The notes under the pieces: generated by a model
What the model was told of the DNA's origin: nothing
Database searches by the model: none
Seen by the model: the letters and a program-made list of their open reading frames with translations, nothing else
Program-made: the position numbers and the translations under genes
NCBI GenBank assembly: GCA_902793515.1
Contig: CADBDO010000001.1
Coordinates: 1 to 48,802, forward strand
DNA: 48,802 nt
Origin: an uncultured Erysipelotrichaceae bacterium
Lineage (GTDB): Bacteria; Bacillota_I; Bacilli_A; RFN20; CAG-826
Direction: 5' to 3'
In this document: positions 18,357 through 27,394 of the stretch, one piece after another
How positions within the stretch are numbered: the first letter of the stretch is position 1
Layout: every line of letters begins with the position of its first letter

Positions 18357-18539
18357 TCAATTCCAGGTGAATGACCATCCGCCAGGAGCTTTCGCACTGC
18401 CCTTTGTAGATTTGAGAAGTCGATAGACCACTACCGCGACGATGCTGATCGCTAAGACCGCCATGACTGCGGTTAGGGCCAAAGCCTCCCCTGGACAAAT
18501 CGCTTGTCTTTCCATGAGTGTGAGTTCTCTTCCGTTCAT
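18357..18539 (-). CDS. 60-aa single-pass membrane protein of unknown function
   Basis: Strong SD (GAGGAGG, 7-nt spacer). It has one TM (ALALTAVMAVLAISIVAVVVY) and a Trp-rich tail PGGWSFTWN. It is flanked by the valS terminator and the rplU promoter. Confidence 0.6.
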   Translation of the reverse strand: MNGRELTLMERQAICPGEALALTAVMAVLAISIVAVVVYRLLKSTKGSAKAPGGWSFTWN

Positions 18540-18588
18540 AGTTTTACCTCCTCACTTCTCATATACTCAGCCCCTCGTCATTTTTCAG

Positions 18589-18619
18589 AAAAAAGAAAAA
18601 CGCCCTCGTTTGAGAGCGT
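18589..18619 (-). terminator. Rho-independent terminator after valS
   Basis: ACGCUCUC-AAAC-GAGGGCGU (8 bp with one G.U pair) followed by UUUUUCUUUUUU. Confidence 0.8.
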
Positions 18620-18633
18620 CCTTCAATTTTGTT

Positions 18634-21216
18634 TTATAGCGATGCCAGCTTGTTTTTGAGCGACTCAAGAATTGATTTGTTTTTCTCGAGTTTGGCTTTC
18701 TCAAGGTCGACTTTCTCTTTTGGGGCTTTGTTCACGAAGCCTGGGTTTCCAAGCATCTTTTCGCTGCGGCTGATCTCAAATTCGAGAGTCTCTTTTTCCT
18801 TGAGGAGTTTCTCCTTGAGGACGGCTGGATCAACGTCTTCCTCAACCATGAGTTCGTAGCCTGGGTAAAGGAAACTTGAACCACCAAGGCTTTCCTTCTT
18901 GATTTCGTAAGAGGAAGCGAAGGTGAAACGCTTGAGGTATTCGCCAGATCCTTCAAATGGTTCGGCTGGTGAGACGAGGAGTCTGACCTTGGCGTTAGGA
19001 GCCATGCCATTCGTGGACTTGTAGTTACGGATATCCTTGATCATGCCTTCCAAAATGGTCAGTTTCTCAACCGCTTTCTTGTTGATGAGATGGCGGTCGT
19101 ATTCAGGATATGGCTCTTCCATGATGCTCTTCTTGTGGCCCGGGAGAGAAAGGTACATTTCCTCAGTGACGAATGGGGTATATGGATAGATCATGAGGAT
19201 GATGTCCTTCATGACGGTGTAGAGAACGTCTTTGGTGACATCGGCTTCCTTGCCTTCATGAGACAAAGCGATCTTGCTCATCTCAAGATACGAAGAGCAG
19301 AAATCATCATAAACGAAGTCATAAAGAATCGATGAAGCCTGACCGAAGTGGTATTTGTCCATCTCGGAACGGACGCTCTTGATGGTGCGCATGAGCTTAT
19401 CGATGATGGCGGCATCGAGGACACCCAAAGTCTTCTTGTCGATTGGTCTTGGGGTGTAGTCTTCGCCAAGGACGCCTTCGACGTAACGGCAGGCATTCCA
19501 GATCTTGTTGAGATAGTTCTCGGCGGCACCGACTTTCTCGTCGATGTAACGCATATCCATGCCTGGGGTGCAGTTGTTGGTGATGAAGTATCTAAGAGCA
19601 TCGACACCATACTTCTCAATGACGTCGATTGGGTCAACGCCATTGCCTAAGGATTTGGACATCTTACGGCCTTGCGCATCGCGGATAAGACCGTGGATGA
19701 CAACCTCGTGGAATGGAGATTTGTCAGTGAAATGTAAAGACTGGAAGACCATGCGGCTGACCCAGAAGAAAATGATGTCGTAGCCGGTGACGAGGACGCT
19801 GGTTGGGAAGTAGCGTTTGAAGTCGGCGGTCTCGGTGTCTGGCCAACCTAAAGTGGCGAATGGCCAAAGGGCGCTAGAGAACCAGGTATCGAGGACGTCC
19901 TCGTCCTGCTTCCACTCCTTTGGATCCATCTCCTCCTCGGTGACGATGAGCTCGCCGGTCTTGATGTTCGTATAGGCTGGGATGCGGTGTCCCCACCAAA
20001 GCTGACGGGAGATGCACCAATCCTCGACGGTGCTCATCCATCTTGTGAGAACCTTCTCGAAGCGGCGTGGGACGAAGTTGACTTTGTCAGAGCCTTTCTG
20101 AGTGGCAAGGACCTTCTCGGCAAGAGGCTTCATCTTGACGAACCACTGCTTCGAAAGCATTGGCTCAACGACGCTGTCGCTACGCTCGGAGTGACCGACT
20201 GAGTGGACGATCTTCTCGATTTTGACAAGGTGTCCGTCTTCTTTAATTTTGTCGACGAGAGCCTTGCGGCATTCGTAGCGGTCCATGCCTTTGTAAGGAC
20301 CGGCAATCTCATTCATATGTGCGGTCTCATCGATACATTTGATGAACTTGAAACCGTATTTCTTTCCTAAAAGGAAGTCGTTAGGATCGTGGGCTGGGGT
20401 GCACTTCATAGCACCGGTACCGAAAGAAATGTCGACATATTCATCGGCCATGAGAGGGATCTCTTCCCCATTCGCTGGGTTGATGACCATCTTGCCGACG
20501 AGGTCAGCGTATTTCTTGTCTTTCGGGTTGACGAAGACGGCGGTGTCGCCAAACATCGTCTCAGGTCTCGTGGTCGCGACGATAAGGGATTTGTCGGTGC
20601 CGACCACATCGTATTTGAAATAATAGAACTCACCTTCGTCGTCTTTATGAATGACTTCGATGTTGCTTAAAGCGGTTCTGAGCTCTGGGTCCCAGTTGAT
20701 GATTTTCTCACCCTGGTAGATGAGTCCTTCTTTATATAAGGTAACGAAGACGTGCCTGACGGCGGCGCTTAAGCCTTCGTCGAGGGTGAATCTTTCTCTT
20801 GTGTAATCGACGGATAAGCCCATCTTGGCCCACTGGCTATGGATGGTGTCGGCGTATTCGTGCTTCCACTCCCAGGCTTTCTTAAGGAAGCCTTCTCTTC
20901 CAAGGTCAAAACGGGAAAGGCCTTGTTTCCTGAGCTTTTCCTCGACTTTGGCTTGGGTGGCGATGCCAGCATGATCCATTCCAGGAACCCAAAGGACATC
21001 ATATCCGACTTCTCTCTTGTAACGGGCGATGATGTCTTCGATCGTCGTGTCCATCGCGTGTCCGAGATGGAGTTTGCCAGTGACGTTTGGCGGTGGGATA
21101 ACCATGGAGAAAGGTTGCTTAGAAAGGTCTCTTCCAGCCTGGAAGTAGCCTTCTTCTTTCCATTTCTCGTACTTTCCTTCCTCAACTTTATGAGGGTCGT
21201 AATGCTTATCGAGCAT
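18634..21216 (-). CDS. valS: Valine--tRNA ligase
   Basis: HIGH (LHLGHAMD), KMSKS (KMSKSLGN), an editing domain and a C-terminal coiled coil. True start is MLDKHYDPHKVE at 21216 with SD GGAGG. Confidence 0.95.
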   Translation of the reverse strand: MLDKHYDPHKVEEGKYEKWKEEGYFQAGRDLSKQPFSMVIPPPNVTGKLHLGHAMDTTIEDIIARYKREVGYDVLWVPGMDHAGIATQAKVEEKLRKQGLSRFDLGREGFLKKAWEWKHEYADTIHSQWAKMGLSVDYTRERFTLDEGLSAAVRHVFVTLYKEGLIYQGEKIINWDPELRTALSNIEVIHKDDEGEFYYFKYDVVGTDKSLIVATTRPETMFGDTAVFVNPKDKKYADLVGKMVINPANGEEIPLMADEYVDISFGTGAMKCTPAHDPNDFLLGKKYGFKFIKCIDETAHMNEIAGPYKGMDRYECRKALVDKIKEDGHLVKIEKIVHSVGHSERSDSVVEPMLSKQWFVKMKPLAEKVLATQKGSDKVNFVPRRFEKVLTRWMSTVEDWCISRQLWWGHRIPAYTNIKTGELIVTEEEMDPKEWKQDEDVLDTWFSSALWPFATLGWPDTETADFKRYFPTSVLVTGYDIIFFWVSRMVFQSLHFTDKSPFHEVVIHGLIRDAQGRKMSKSLGNGVDPIDVIEKYGVDALRYFITNNCTPGMDMRYIDEKVGAAENYLNKIWNACRYVEGVLGEDYTPRPIDKKTLGVLDAAIIDKLMRTIKSVRSEMDKYHFGQASSILYDFVYDDFCSSYLEMSKIALSHEGKEADVTKDVLYTVMKDIILMIYPYTPFVTEEMYLSLPGHKKSIMEEPYPEYDRHLINKKAVEKLTILEGMIKDIRNYKSTNGMAPNAKVRLLVSPAEPFEGSGEYLKRFTFASSYEIKKESLGGSSFLYPGYELMVEEDVDPAVLKEKLLKEKETLEFEISRSEKMLGNPGFVNKAPKEKVDLEKAKLEKNKSILESLKNKLASL

Positions 21217-21231
21217 AGATTTGCCTCCGAA

Positions 21232-21440
21232 TAAATAAAAAGTCCCTAATGATAGGGACGCGGTGCGCGGTACCACCCTAGTTCCTTGTCATAAGACAAG
21301 GCACTCGATCATCCTTAACGCGGATGGACGCGTATCTCTACGGTTCTCTGGAAGCGACTCACCATGATTCCTAACCGCTCTTGCACCTAACGACGGCTCT
21401 CTAAGTAGGAATTCCAAGGATCCCTCTTCCTTCAACGAAC
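21232..21440 (-). promoter_or_regulatory. T-box riboswitch leader of valS
   Basis: Minus strand carries the stem I elements AGAGAGCC and GGUGCAAGAG, and the T-box sequence AACUAGGGUGGUACCGCG at about 21262..21279. It ends in terminator GUCCCUA-UCAU-UAGGGAC plus UUUUUAUUU. The candidate specifier GUG in ..AUGGUGAG.. is uncertain. Confidence 0.85.
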
Positions 21441-21455
21441 GAGGAAATTATAAGA

Positions 21456-21479
21456 CCCCTTCCCTAAAAAGGGAATGGG
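21456..21479 (-). terminator. Terminator hairpin after the ABC transporter gene
   Basis: CCCAUUCCCU-UUUU-AGGGAAGGGG (one mismatch) followed by UCUUAUAAUUU. The TATAAT at 21447..21452 probably serves the valS leader. Confidence 0.55.
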
Positions 21480-21481
21480 AA

Positions 21482-24259
21482 TTATTCGGTGCGGAGCGCG
21501 ACGACTGGGTCTTGTTTGGCGGCGCTTGAAGCTGGGACTAGGCCAGCGATGGTCGTAAGAAGCGCGCTTCCAACCAAAACAAGGATGGCAGCGAGGATTG
21601 GGAGATTGGCGATGTTCGGTATGCCAAAGAGGGTGCCGATGACAAGGTTCAGGAAGAGCTGAATCAGGTAAGTGACGCCTAGGCCAAAGAGGCCACCGCC
21701 CATGCCGATGATGAAGGTTTCTGCGTTGAAAAGGTGCGCGACGTCTTTCTTTCGTCCGCCAAGTGAACGGATGACGCCGATCTCTTTGACACGTTCCATG
21801 ACTGAGACGAAGGTGATGATGCCGATCATGACGGTTGAGACGACAAGCGATAAGGCGGTGAAGGCAACCAAAGCGATGGTGACAATGTCCACCACACCAT
21901 TGATCATCGTGATGATGATCTCGAGGCTATCGGTGTAATCGATCTTCGAGCGGTCGGCAGCCTTAAGGACTTTGCCAGTGCTCAAAGTGATGTCTTTCTC
22001 AGCGTTCCAGGTATCAAGATAATCGGTCGCAAGGAACTTGTTGTTGAAGTCGAGCGGGTAGATGTCGATGCTGCTTGGGATCTTGGAACCACCGACGTTA
22101 TTGACGGTTAAGGTCGCGTTTCTCTTGATCGAGAGTCCGCTTCCAGCGCCAGAAGATGAGCCCGAGGCGGAAGTGAGCATGCCAACGAGAGCGGAGATGT
22201 TGTTTGTCGAGCCAACGAGGAAAGAGCTCTTGAGGATCTCTTCTTCGAAGAACACTTTGACGTCGTAGCCGATGCCATAGATGACGTTGACGCCGCTGAC
22301 TTGGGCGATGGTCGAATTGAAACCGGTCGTGTTGTTATTCTGTTCGTAGTTTCTGATGAAGTTGGCGATCTTGGATTCGTAGTTGTCTCTGATCATCCTC
22401 TGTGCCAAGGCTGGGGTGTAGTAAAGACCGCTCGAAAGGCAGCCATAAGAGACAGTCTCTTTTGGGGTAAGTACGCCGACGACCTCGAGTTCGAGTCCGT
22501 TTGCGTGATTGTTCTGGTCATACCAATCGTAGAAGAATGGCTGGAAAACCTCGACGTTGGCGGTTGAAGTCGTCTCTGGGTTGTAGTTTGGGTTCTCGTG
22601 GAAGATGGAATCGTTTGGATAATAGGTGTATTTCTTTCCGAGCATGTCATCGACGGTGATGGACTGCTGCTTCTCCCAGAGTTTCTCGTCGAAGCGAGGG
22701 TCATCGGAGAAATGGTAGATGGCGTTAGCGAACATATCCTGGTCATAGAGGCCAAGAAGGGTCAAAACGAACTCAGTGACTTCGTTTTCGTGGTTGAGGA
22801 CGATCATGACCTCATTCTCTTTATGAGGGTATCTTCCTTTGACGATGTTGTATTGGTTAAGGACATATTCCTCGTTTTCGATGGATTGTCCGATGGCGTT
22901 GCTATAGCCGTCGACCATGCTGGCGTAGCTGCTATATTGTCCGCCTCTGCATCCTTCAAGGATGGTTGTGCAGACATTGGTGAGGCCGGAGATGCTGTAA
23001 TTGACCTTGGTTGTGTCTAATCCATCTTCGACGACATCGGCATCAGCATGGACATAGATGTTGTTTTTGAAGTTGATGCCGTATTTGAAATCGACCGCCG
23101 AGACATAGGAGGAAGGCATATCCTTAAGGAACTGGATGTAATCCTCGTCGATTTCGTTCGTGGAGAAGGCTTCGCCCAAACCTTCGGAGGCTTTGACAAG
23201 GCTTTCCATCGCGAACTGGACGTCGATCTTGCCGTCTTTCCAGCTTTGGCTCGCGATTCTTGATTGGGTGAGGCTATTGGTGCTGTCGAGAAGTTTGAGG
23301 TAATCGACGGAATTCTCCCTGATTTGGATTGGGTTTCCTGAAAGGAGGTCATCTTGCATGGAGTCGATATAGCCGCGGACGCCATAAGAGACGGCAAGAA
23401 CCGCGGAAACGCCGACGATGCCAATCGATGATGCGACCATCGTCATGAATGTGCGGCTGAATTTGGCCATGAGGTTACGGCCAGAGAGCTTGATGGCGGT
23501 CCACCAAGACATCTTGGCTTTCTCGTTGGTCTCTTTGAAAGATGAGGCGTTGTCGAGATATTCTTTGGCTTCATCTTCTGGCGAATATGGATTGGTGTCC
23601 CCTTCCACTTCGCCATCAAGGAGCGAGACGATACGGGTCGAATATTCCTCGGCGATCTCTTTGTTGTGGGTGACCATGATGACGAGCTTGTCTTTCGAGA
23701 CCTCTTTGATGAGGTTCATGATCTGAATCGAAGTCTCGCTATCGAGGGCGCCGGTTGGCTCATCGGCGAGAAGGATGTCTGGCTCATTGACGAGAGCACG
23801 CGCGATGGCGACTCTCTGGCACTGGCCACCCGAAAGCTCGTTTGGTTTCTTGGTGTACATGTCCTTGAGGCCGACTTTGTCGAGAGCGGCTTTGGCTCTG
23901 GCGACGCTTTCCTCTTTCTTGACGCCGCCGATCGTTAAGGCGAGCTCAACGTTCTCTAAGATGTTCTCTTGCGGGATGAGGTTGTAGGACTGGAAGATGA
24001 AACCAATCCTGTGGTTACGGTAGATATCCCAGTCATGGTCGTTATATTTCTTGGTTGAGGTGTTGTTGATGAGAAGGTCGCCTTTGGTGTACTTATCAAG
24101 TCCGCCGATGATGTTGAGCATCGTGGTCTTGCCACATCCAGAAGGACCGAGGATCGAGACGAACTCATTCTTTCTGAAGCATAAAGAAACGCCATTCAGG
24201 GCTTTGACCTGAAGGGTTGAGGTTTTGTAGATTTTGGTGATGTTGTCTAGTCTAAGCAT
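21482..24259 (-). CDS. Fused ABC transporter ATPase + FtsX/MacB-type permease with a very large ectodomain
   Basis: N-terminal NBD (GPSGCGKTT, LSGGQCQR, LLADEPT), then TM1, then about 470 aa of predicted extracytoplasmic sequence, then 3 C-terminal TMs (FtsX-like). Confidence 0.85.
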   Translation of the reverse strand: MLRLDNITKIYKTSTLQVKALNGVSLCFRKNEFVSILGPSGCGKTTMLNIIGGLDKYTKGDLLINNTSTKKYNDHDWDIYRNHRIGFIFQSYNLIPQENILENVELALTIGGVKKEESVARAKAALDKVGLKDMYTKKPNELSGGQCQRVAIARALVNEPDILLADEPTGALDSETSIQIMNLIKEVSKDKLVIMVTHNKEIAEEYSTRIVSLLDGEVEGDTNPYSPEDEAKEYLDNASSFKETNEKAKMSWWTAIKLSGRNLMAKFSRTFMTMVASSIGIVGVSAVLAVSYGVRGYIDSMQDDLLSGNPIQIRENSVDYLKLLDSTNSLTQSRIASQSWKDGKIDVQFAMESLVKASEGLGEAFSTNEIDEDYIQFLKDMPSSYVSAVDFKYGINFKNNIYVHADADVVEDGLDTTKVNYSISGLTNVCTTILEGCRGGQYSSYASMVDGYSNAIGQSIENEEYVLNQYNIVKGRYPHKENEVMIVLNHENEVTEFVLTLLGLYDQDMFANAIYHFSDDPRFDEKLWEKQQSITVDDMLGKKYTYYPNDSIFHENPNYNPETTSTANVEVFQPFFYDWYDQNNHANGLELEVVGVLTPKETVSYGCLSSGLYYTPALAQRMIRDNYESKIANFIRNYEQNNNTTGFNSTIAQVSGVNVIYGIGYDVKVFFEEEILKSSFLVGSTNNISALVGMLTSASGSSSGAGSGLSIKRNATLTVNNVGGSKIPSSIDIYPLDFNNKFLATDYLDTWNAEKDITLSTGKVLKAADRSKIDYTDSLEIIITMINGVVDIVTIALVAFTALSLVVSTVMIGIITFVSVMERVKEIGVIRSLGGRKKDVAHLFNAETFIIGMGGGLFGLGVTYLIQLFLNLVIGTLFGIPNIANLPILAAILVLVGSALLTTIAGLVPASSAAKQDPVVALRTE

Positions 24260-24274
24260 GCTGTGTCCCCTTTC

Positions 24275-24844
24275 TTATTCTTTGAGCGCTCTAGCGAATA
24301 GGGCTCGTAGTTCTTCGGCCTTAAGGCCTTTCCCAGAGAAAAGGGCGGTCTTGGCTTTGCGTTCGAGGACGAATTTCTTGCAGCGCGCGATATCAGATTG
24401 TTTGGCTTGGTCGCATTTCGTGAATATGAGATAGAACGGGACGCTCTGACTCTCTAAGAAAGAGAGGAACTCAAGGTCATCTTTCCCTGGCTCATGACGG
24501 GAGTCGATGAGAAGGAAACATGCGGCCAATTGCGGGTTTTCGAAATAGGTTTCCATCATATCTCCAAAGGAGAGGTCTTCTTTCGAGCCATAGGTCGTGA
24601 AGCCGTACCCTGGAGTGTCGACAAGGTAGAATGACTTGTCGACGAGGAAATAATTGAGGAGCTTCGTCTTGCCTGCTTGTTTTGAGGAGAAGGCGAGCTT
24701 TTGCCCCGTGAGGAGATTGATGAGGGTGCTTTTTCCGACGTTGGACTTGCCAAAAACGGCGAGCTCTTTGAGCCCGTTGATCGGACGCATCTTGTAACTT
24801 GGCACAGAGATGACGTATTTGGCATCGCGGAAATTAATCATCAT
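24275..24844 (-). CDS. engB: Ribosome biogenesis GTPase EngB/YsxC
   Basis: GKSNVGKSTLIN, DTPGYG and TKCDQ motifs. It lies downstream of lon as in Bacillus. Confidence 0.9.
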   Translation of the reverse strand: MMINFRDAKYVISVPSYKMRPINGLKELAVFGKSNVGKSTLINLLTGQKLAFSSKQAGKTKLLNYFLVDKSFYLVDTPGYGFTTYGSKEDLSFGDMMETYFENPQLAACFLLIDSRHEPGKDDLEFLSFLESQSVPFYLIFTKCDQAKQSDIARCKKFVLERKAKTALFSGKGLKAEELRALFARALKE

Positions 24845-24877
24845 TATCCTCCAGGAAATAAATAATACATTATCGCA

Positions 24878-24904
24878 ACAAAAAAGAGGAGTGAAACACT
24901 CCTC
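24878..24904 (-). terminator. Rho-independent terminator after lon
   Basis: GAGGAGUG-UUU-CACUCCUC (perfect 8 bp) followed by UUUUUUG. Confidence 0.85.
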
Positions 24905-24919
24905 GATTTTTGAATTTTT

Positions 24920-27265
24920 TTATTTGTCCTTCAAAAGGGCAACGGCTAAGGCATCATCGACATTTTTCATGTAGACGATCTTAAGCTCTTTCTTGACCTC
25001 TTCCGGAAGCTCGGTGACATCCTTCTTGTTTTCCTCAGGGACGATGATGGTCTTGATGCCTGAGCGAAGGGCGGCAAGCGACTTCTCGCGGAGTCCGCCG
25101 ATTGGGAGGGCGTGTCCGCGGAGGGTAACCTCACCGGTCATCGCGACATTGTTGTCGACAGGCGTGTGGGTCAAGATGGAGACGATGGCGGTCGTGATAG
25201 CCACGCCAGCGCTTGGTCCGTCTTTTGGAACGGCGCCTTCCGGGAAGTGGATATGGAAGTCCTTCTTCTCGAACATCTCGTTAGGGATGCCGTATTTGTC
25301 GGCGTTGGCCCTGACATAGTCAAGAGCGATCGAGCAGCTCTCCTTCATGACGTCGCCTAATTTGCCAGTGAGGACGAGCTGTCCTTTGCCAGCCATATAG
25401 TTGACCTCGATCGGGAGGATATCGCCGCCAAACTCGGTATAGGCAAGTCCGGTGACGACGCCGATCTGAGGCTCTTTCTCTTTCTTGGTATCTTCGAAAA
25501 TCTCGACGCCAAGGTACTTTTTGGCTTGTTCGGCATCAATGACGATTGGGCGTGCGTGCTTAGGGTCTTTGATGAGCTCGACCACCGCTTTTCTGCAACA
25601 AGAGGCAACGAGTCTCTCGAGCTGACGGACGCCGGCTTCACGGGTGTAGCACTCGATAAGCTCTTTGATGCCTTCTTCGGTGAATTCGATGTCGCCTTCT
25701 TTGAGGCCGTTCATTTCCATCTGCTTTTTGACAAGCCAGCTTGCGGCGATCTTGACCTTCTCAAGTTCGGTGTAGGAAGGAACCTCGATGAGTTCAAGAC
25801 GGTCACGAAGAGGGGCTGGGACGTTCTCAAGATAGTTCGCGGTCGCGATGAAGAGAACATTCGATAAATCGTAAGGTTCTTCGATGAAGTTATCGTTGAA
25901 GGCGAAGTTCTGCTCTGGGTCAAGGACCTCTAAGAGAGCGGAGCTTGGGTCGCCATGTAAGCTGCTTCCGCCGACCTTATCGATTTCGTCTAAAAGGAAG
26001 ACAGGGTTAATGACGCCGGCCTTGGTCATGCCATGGATGATTCTGCCAGGCATTGAGCCAACGTATGTGCGGCGATGGCCTCTGATTTCGGATTCATCGG
26101 AAACGCCGCCCAAGGAAGCCTTGAAGAACTTCCTGCCAAGGGCACGGGCGATTGACTTCGCGAGCGAAGTCTTGCCACATCCAGGCGGGCCGTAGAAGCA
26201 AAGGATCGGGGCTTTGAGGTTGCCGGTCGCATGTTTGACGGCGAGGTACTCAATGATCCTCTTCTTGACCTTATCAAGTCCGAAGTGATCCTCATCGAGA
26301 ATCTTCTGGACGTTGTCGAGGTCATCATTGTCTTCGGTCTTCTCGTACCATGGGGCGTTGAGAAGGGTATTAACATAGTTAAGGATGAGAGAGCTCTCTA
26401 AGGAAGCCTCTGGCATCATCTGGAAACGCTTGAGCTCTTTGGTGACCTTGTCTTTGACGTTCTGAGGATATGGGTTCTCCGCCACTTTCTTCTTGATGGC
26501 GTCGATGTCGCTTTCCTCGTTGTCGCCTTCGCCAAGCTCATCGCGGATGGCTTTCATCTTCTCGCGGAGGATGTATTCCTTCTGCGATTTCTCAGCGCGG
26601 CTTCTGACGGTCTCATCGAGCTTTTTGTCGATTTCGCTGACTGTTTGGGCTTCATTGAGAAGCTCAGCGATCTTTAGGAGCCTCTTATTGATCTCTGGCT
26701 CTCCGAGGATCTCGATCTTGTCCTCGATGCTGAAATTGAGATAGGCGGCAAGGGTGTCGCCGATATTGTTTGGGGTCTCGCCTCTTCCAAGGGCATTAAG
26801 CGCGCTCTTAGGGATATCGTGGGCGATGGCTGGGGTTTGCTCAACCGCTTTGACGATGCGTCTGATGAGGGCGGTCTCTTCGTTTTGGTCGCCTAAAAGA
26901 TCAGGGATGACCTTTCCTTCGGCCTTCCAAGTGCCATCATCGAATCTAAGGTTAGTCAAAGCCACGCGCTTCGAACCGATCACGCGGATGCGGTAGACGC
27001 CGTTGGCATTGACGAAATTCACTACGCGGCAAAGGGTGGCGGTCATGTAGACATCGTCTTCCCCTGTCACTTCATCTTTCTGGAGTTGGCGCTGCACGCC
27101 TACGAAAAGAAGGGAATTGCTATCACGTCTGGCAACGTCGATGGCCTTGACGCTATAAGGTCTTCCGGCTTCAATCGACTCTGTCATATTCGGAAATACC
27201 ACAAGTCCGCGGGTTACGAGCAAAGGCAGGACTAAGGTATTGGTGTTTTCTACTTCGTTGTCCAT
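24920..27265 (-). CDS. lon: ATP-dependent Lon protease (LonA)
   Basis: N-terminal LON domain, AAA+ module (GPPGCGKTS) and protease domain (PKDGPSAGVA). Confidence 0.95.
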   Translation of the reverse strand: MDNEVENTNTLVLPLLVTRGLVVFPNMTESIEAGRPYSVKAIDVARRDSNSLLFVGVQRQLQKDEVTGEDDVYMTATLCRVVNFVNANGVYRIRVIGSKRVALTNLRFDDGTWKAEGKVIPDLLGDQNEETALIRRIVKAVEQTPAIAHDIPKSALNALGRGETPNNIGDTLAAYLNFSIEDKIEILGEPEINKRLLKIAELLNEAQTVSEIDKKLDETVRSRAEKSQKEYILREKMKAIRDELGEGDNEESDIDAIKKKVAENPYPQNVKDKVTKELKRFQMMPEASLESSLILNYVNTLLNAPWYEKTEDNDDLDNVQKILDEDHFGLDKVKKRIIEYLAVKHATGNLKAPILCFYGPPGCGKTSLAKSIARALGRKFFKASLGGVSDESEIRGHRRTYVGSMPGRIIHGMTKAGVINPVFLLDEIDKVGGSSLHGDPSSALLEVLDPEQNFAFNDNFIEEPYDLSNVLFIATANYLENVPAPLRDRLELIEVPSYTELEKVKIAASWLVKKQMEMNGLKEGDIEFTEEGIKELIECYTREAGVRQLERLVASCCRKAVVELIKDPKHARPIVIDAEQAKKYLGVEIFEDTKKEKEPQIGVVTGLAYTEFGGDILPIEVNYMAGKGQLVLTGKLGDVMKESCSIALDYVRANADKYGIPNEMFEKKDFHIHFPEGAVPKDGPSAGVAITTAIVSILTHTPVDNNVAMTGEVTLRGHALPIGGLREKSLAALRSGIKTIIVPEENKKDVTELPEEVKKELKIVYMKNVDDALAVALLKDK

Positions 27266-27284
27266 GTTTTTCCTCCTTGTCCTT

Positions 27285-27312
27285 ATTATAAGGATAGTAT
27301 TAGCACTTTCAA
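27285..27312 (-). promoter_or_regulatory. lon promoter: TTGAAA-N16-TATAAT
   Basis: The -10 box is at 27285..27290, followed by a 19-nt leader carrying AAGGAGG. Confidence 0.55.
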
Positions 27313-27326
27313 TAGCAGAGTGCTAG
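27300..27326. promoter_or_regulatory. CIRCE element (HrcA operator) upstream of lon
   Basis: The plus strand reads TTAGCACTT-N9-GAGTGCTAG against the consensus TTAGCACTC-N9-GAGTGCTAA, an 8/9 match in each arm. It overlaps the -35 region of the lon promoter. Confidence 0.8.
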
Positions 27327-27342
27327 AGATGTGCTCAAAAGT

Positions 27343-27374
27343 ATAGAAAAGGGTCTAGTCGATTAGCTAGACCC
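27343..27374 (-). terminator. Rho-independent terminator after tig
   Basis: GGGUCUAG-CUAAUCGA-CUAGACCC followed by UUUUCUAUAC. Confidence 0.75.
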
Positions 27375-27394
27375 CATAAATCTTTGCTTAAGCC

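Noticed and set aside
18170-18397. A 75-aa ORF spanning the rplU leader region
   Set aside because: It has no SD, overlaps the predicted promoter and structured leader of rplU, and also overlaps the end of the better-supported 60-aa gene.
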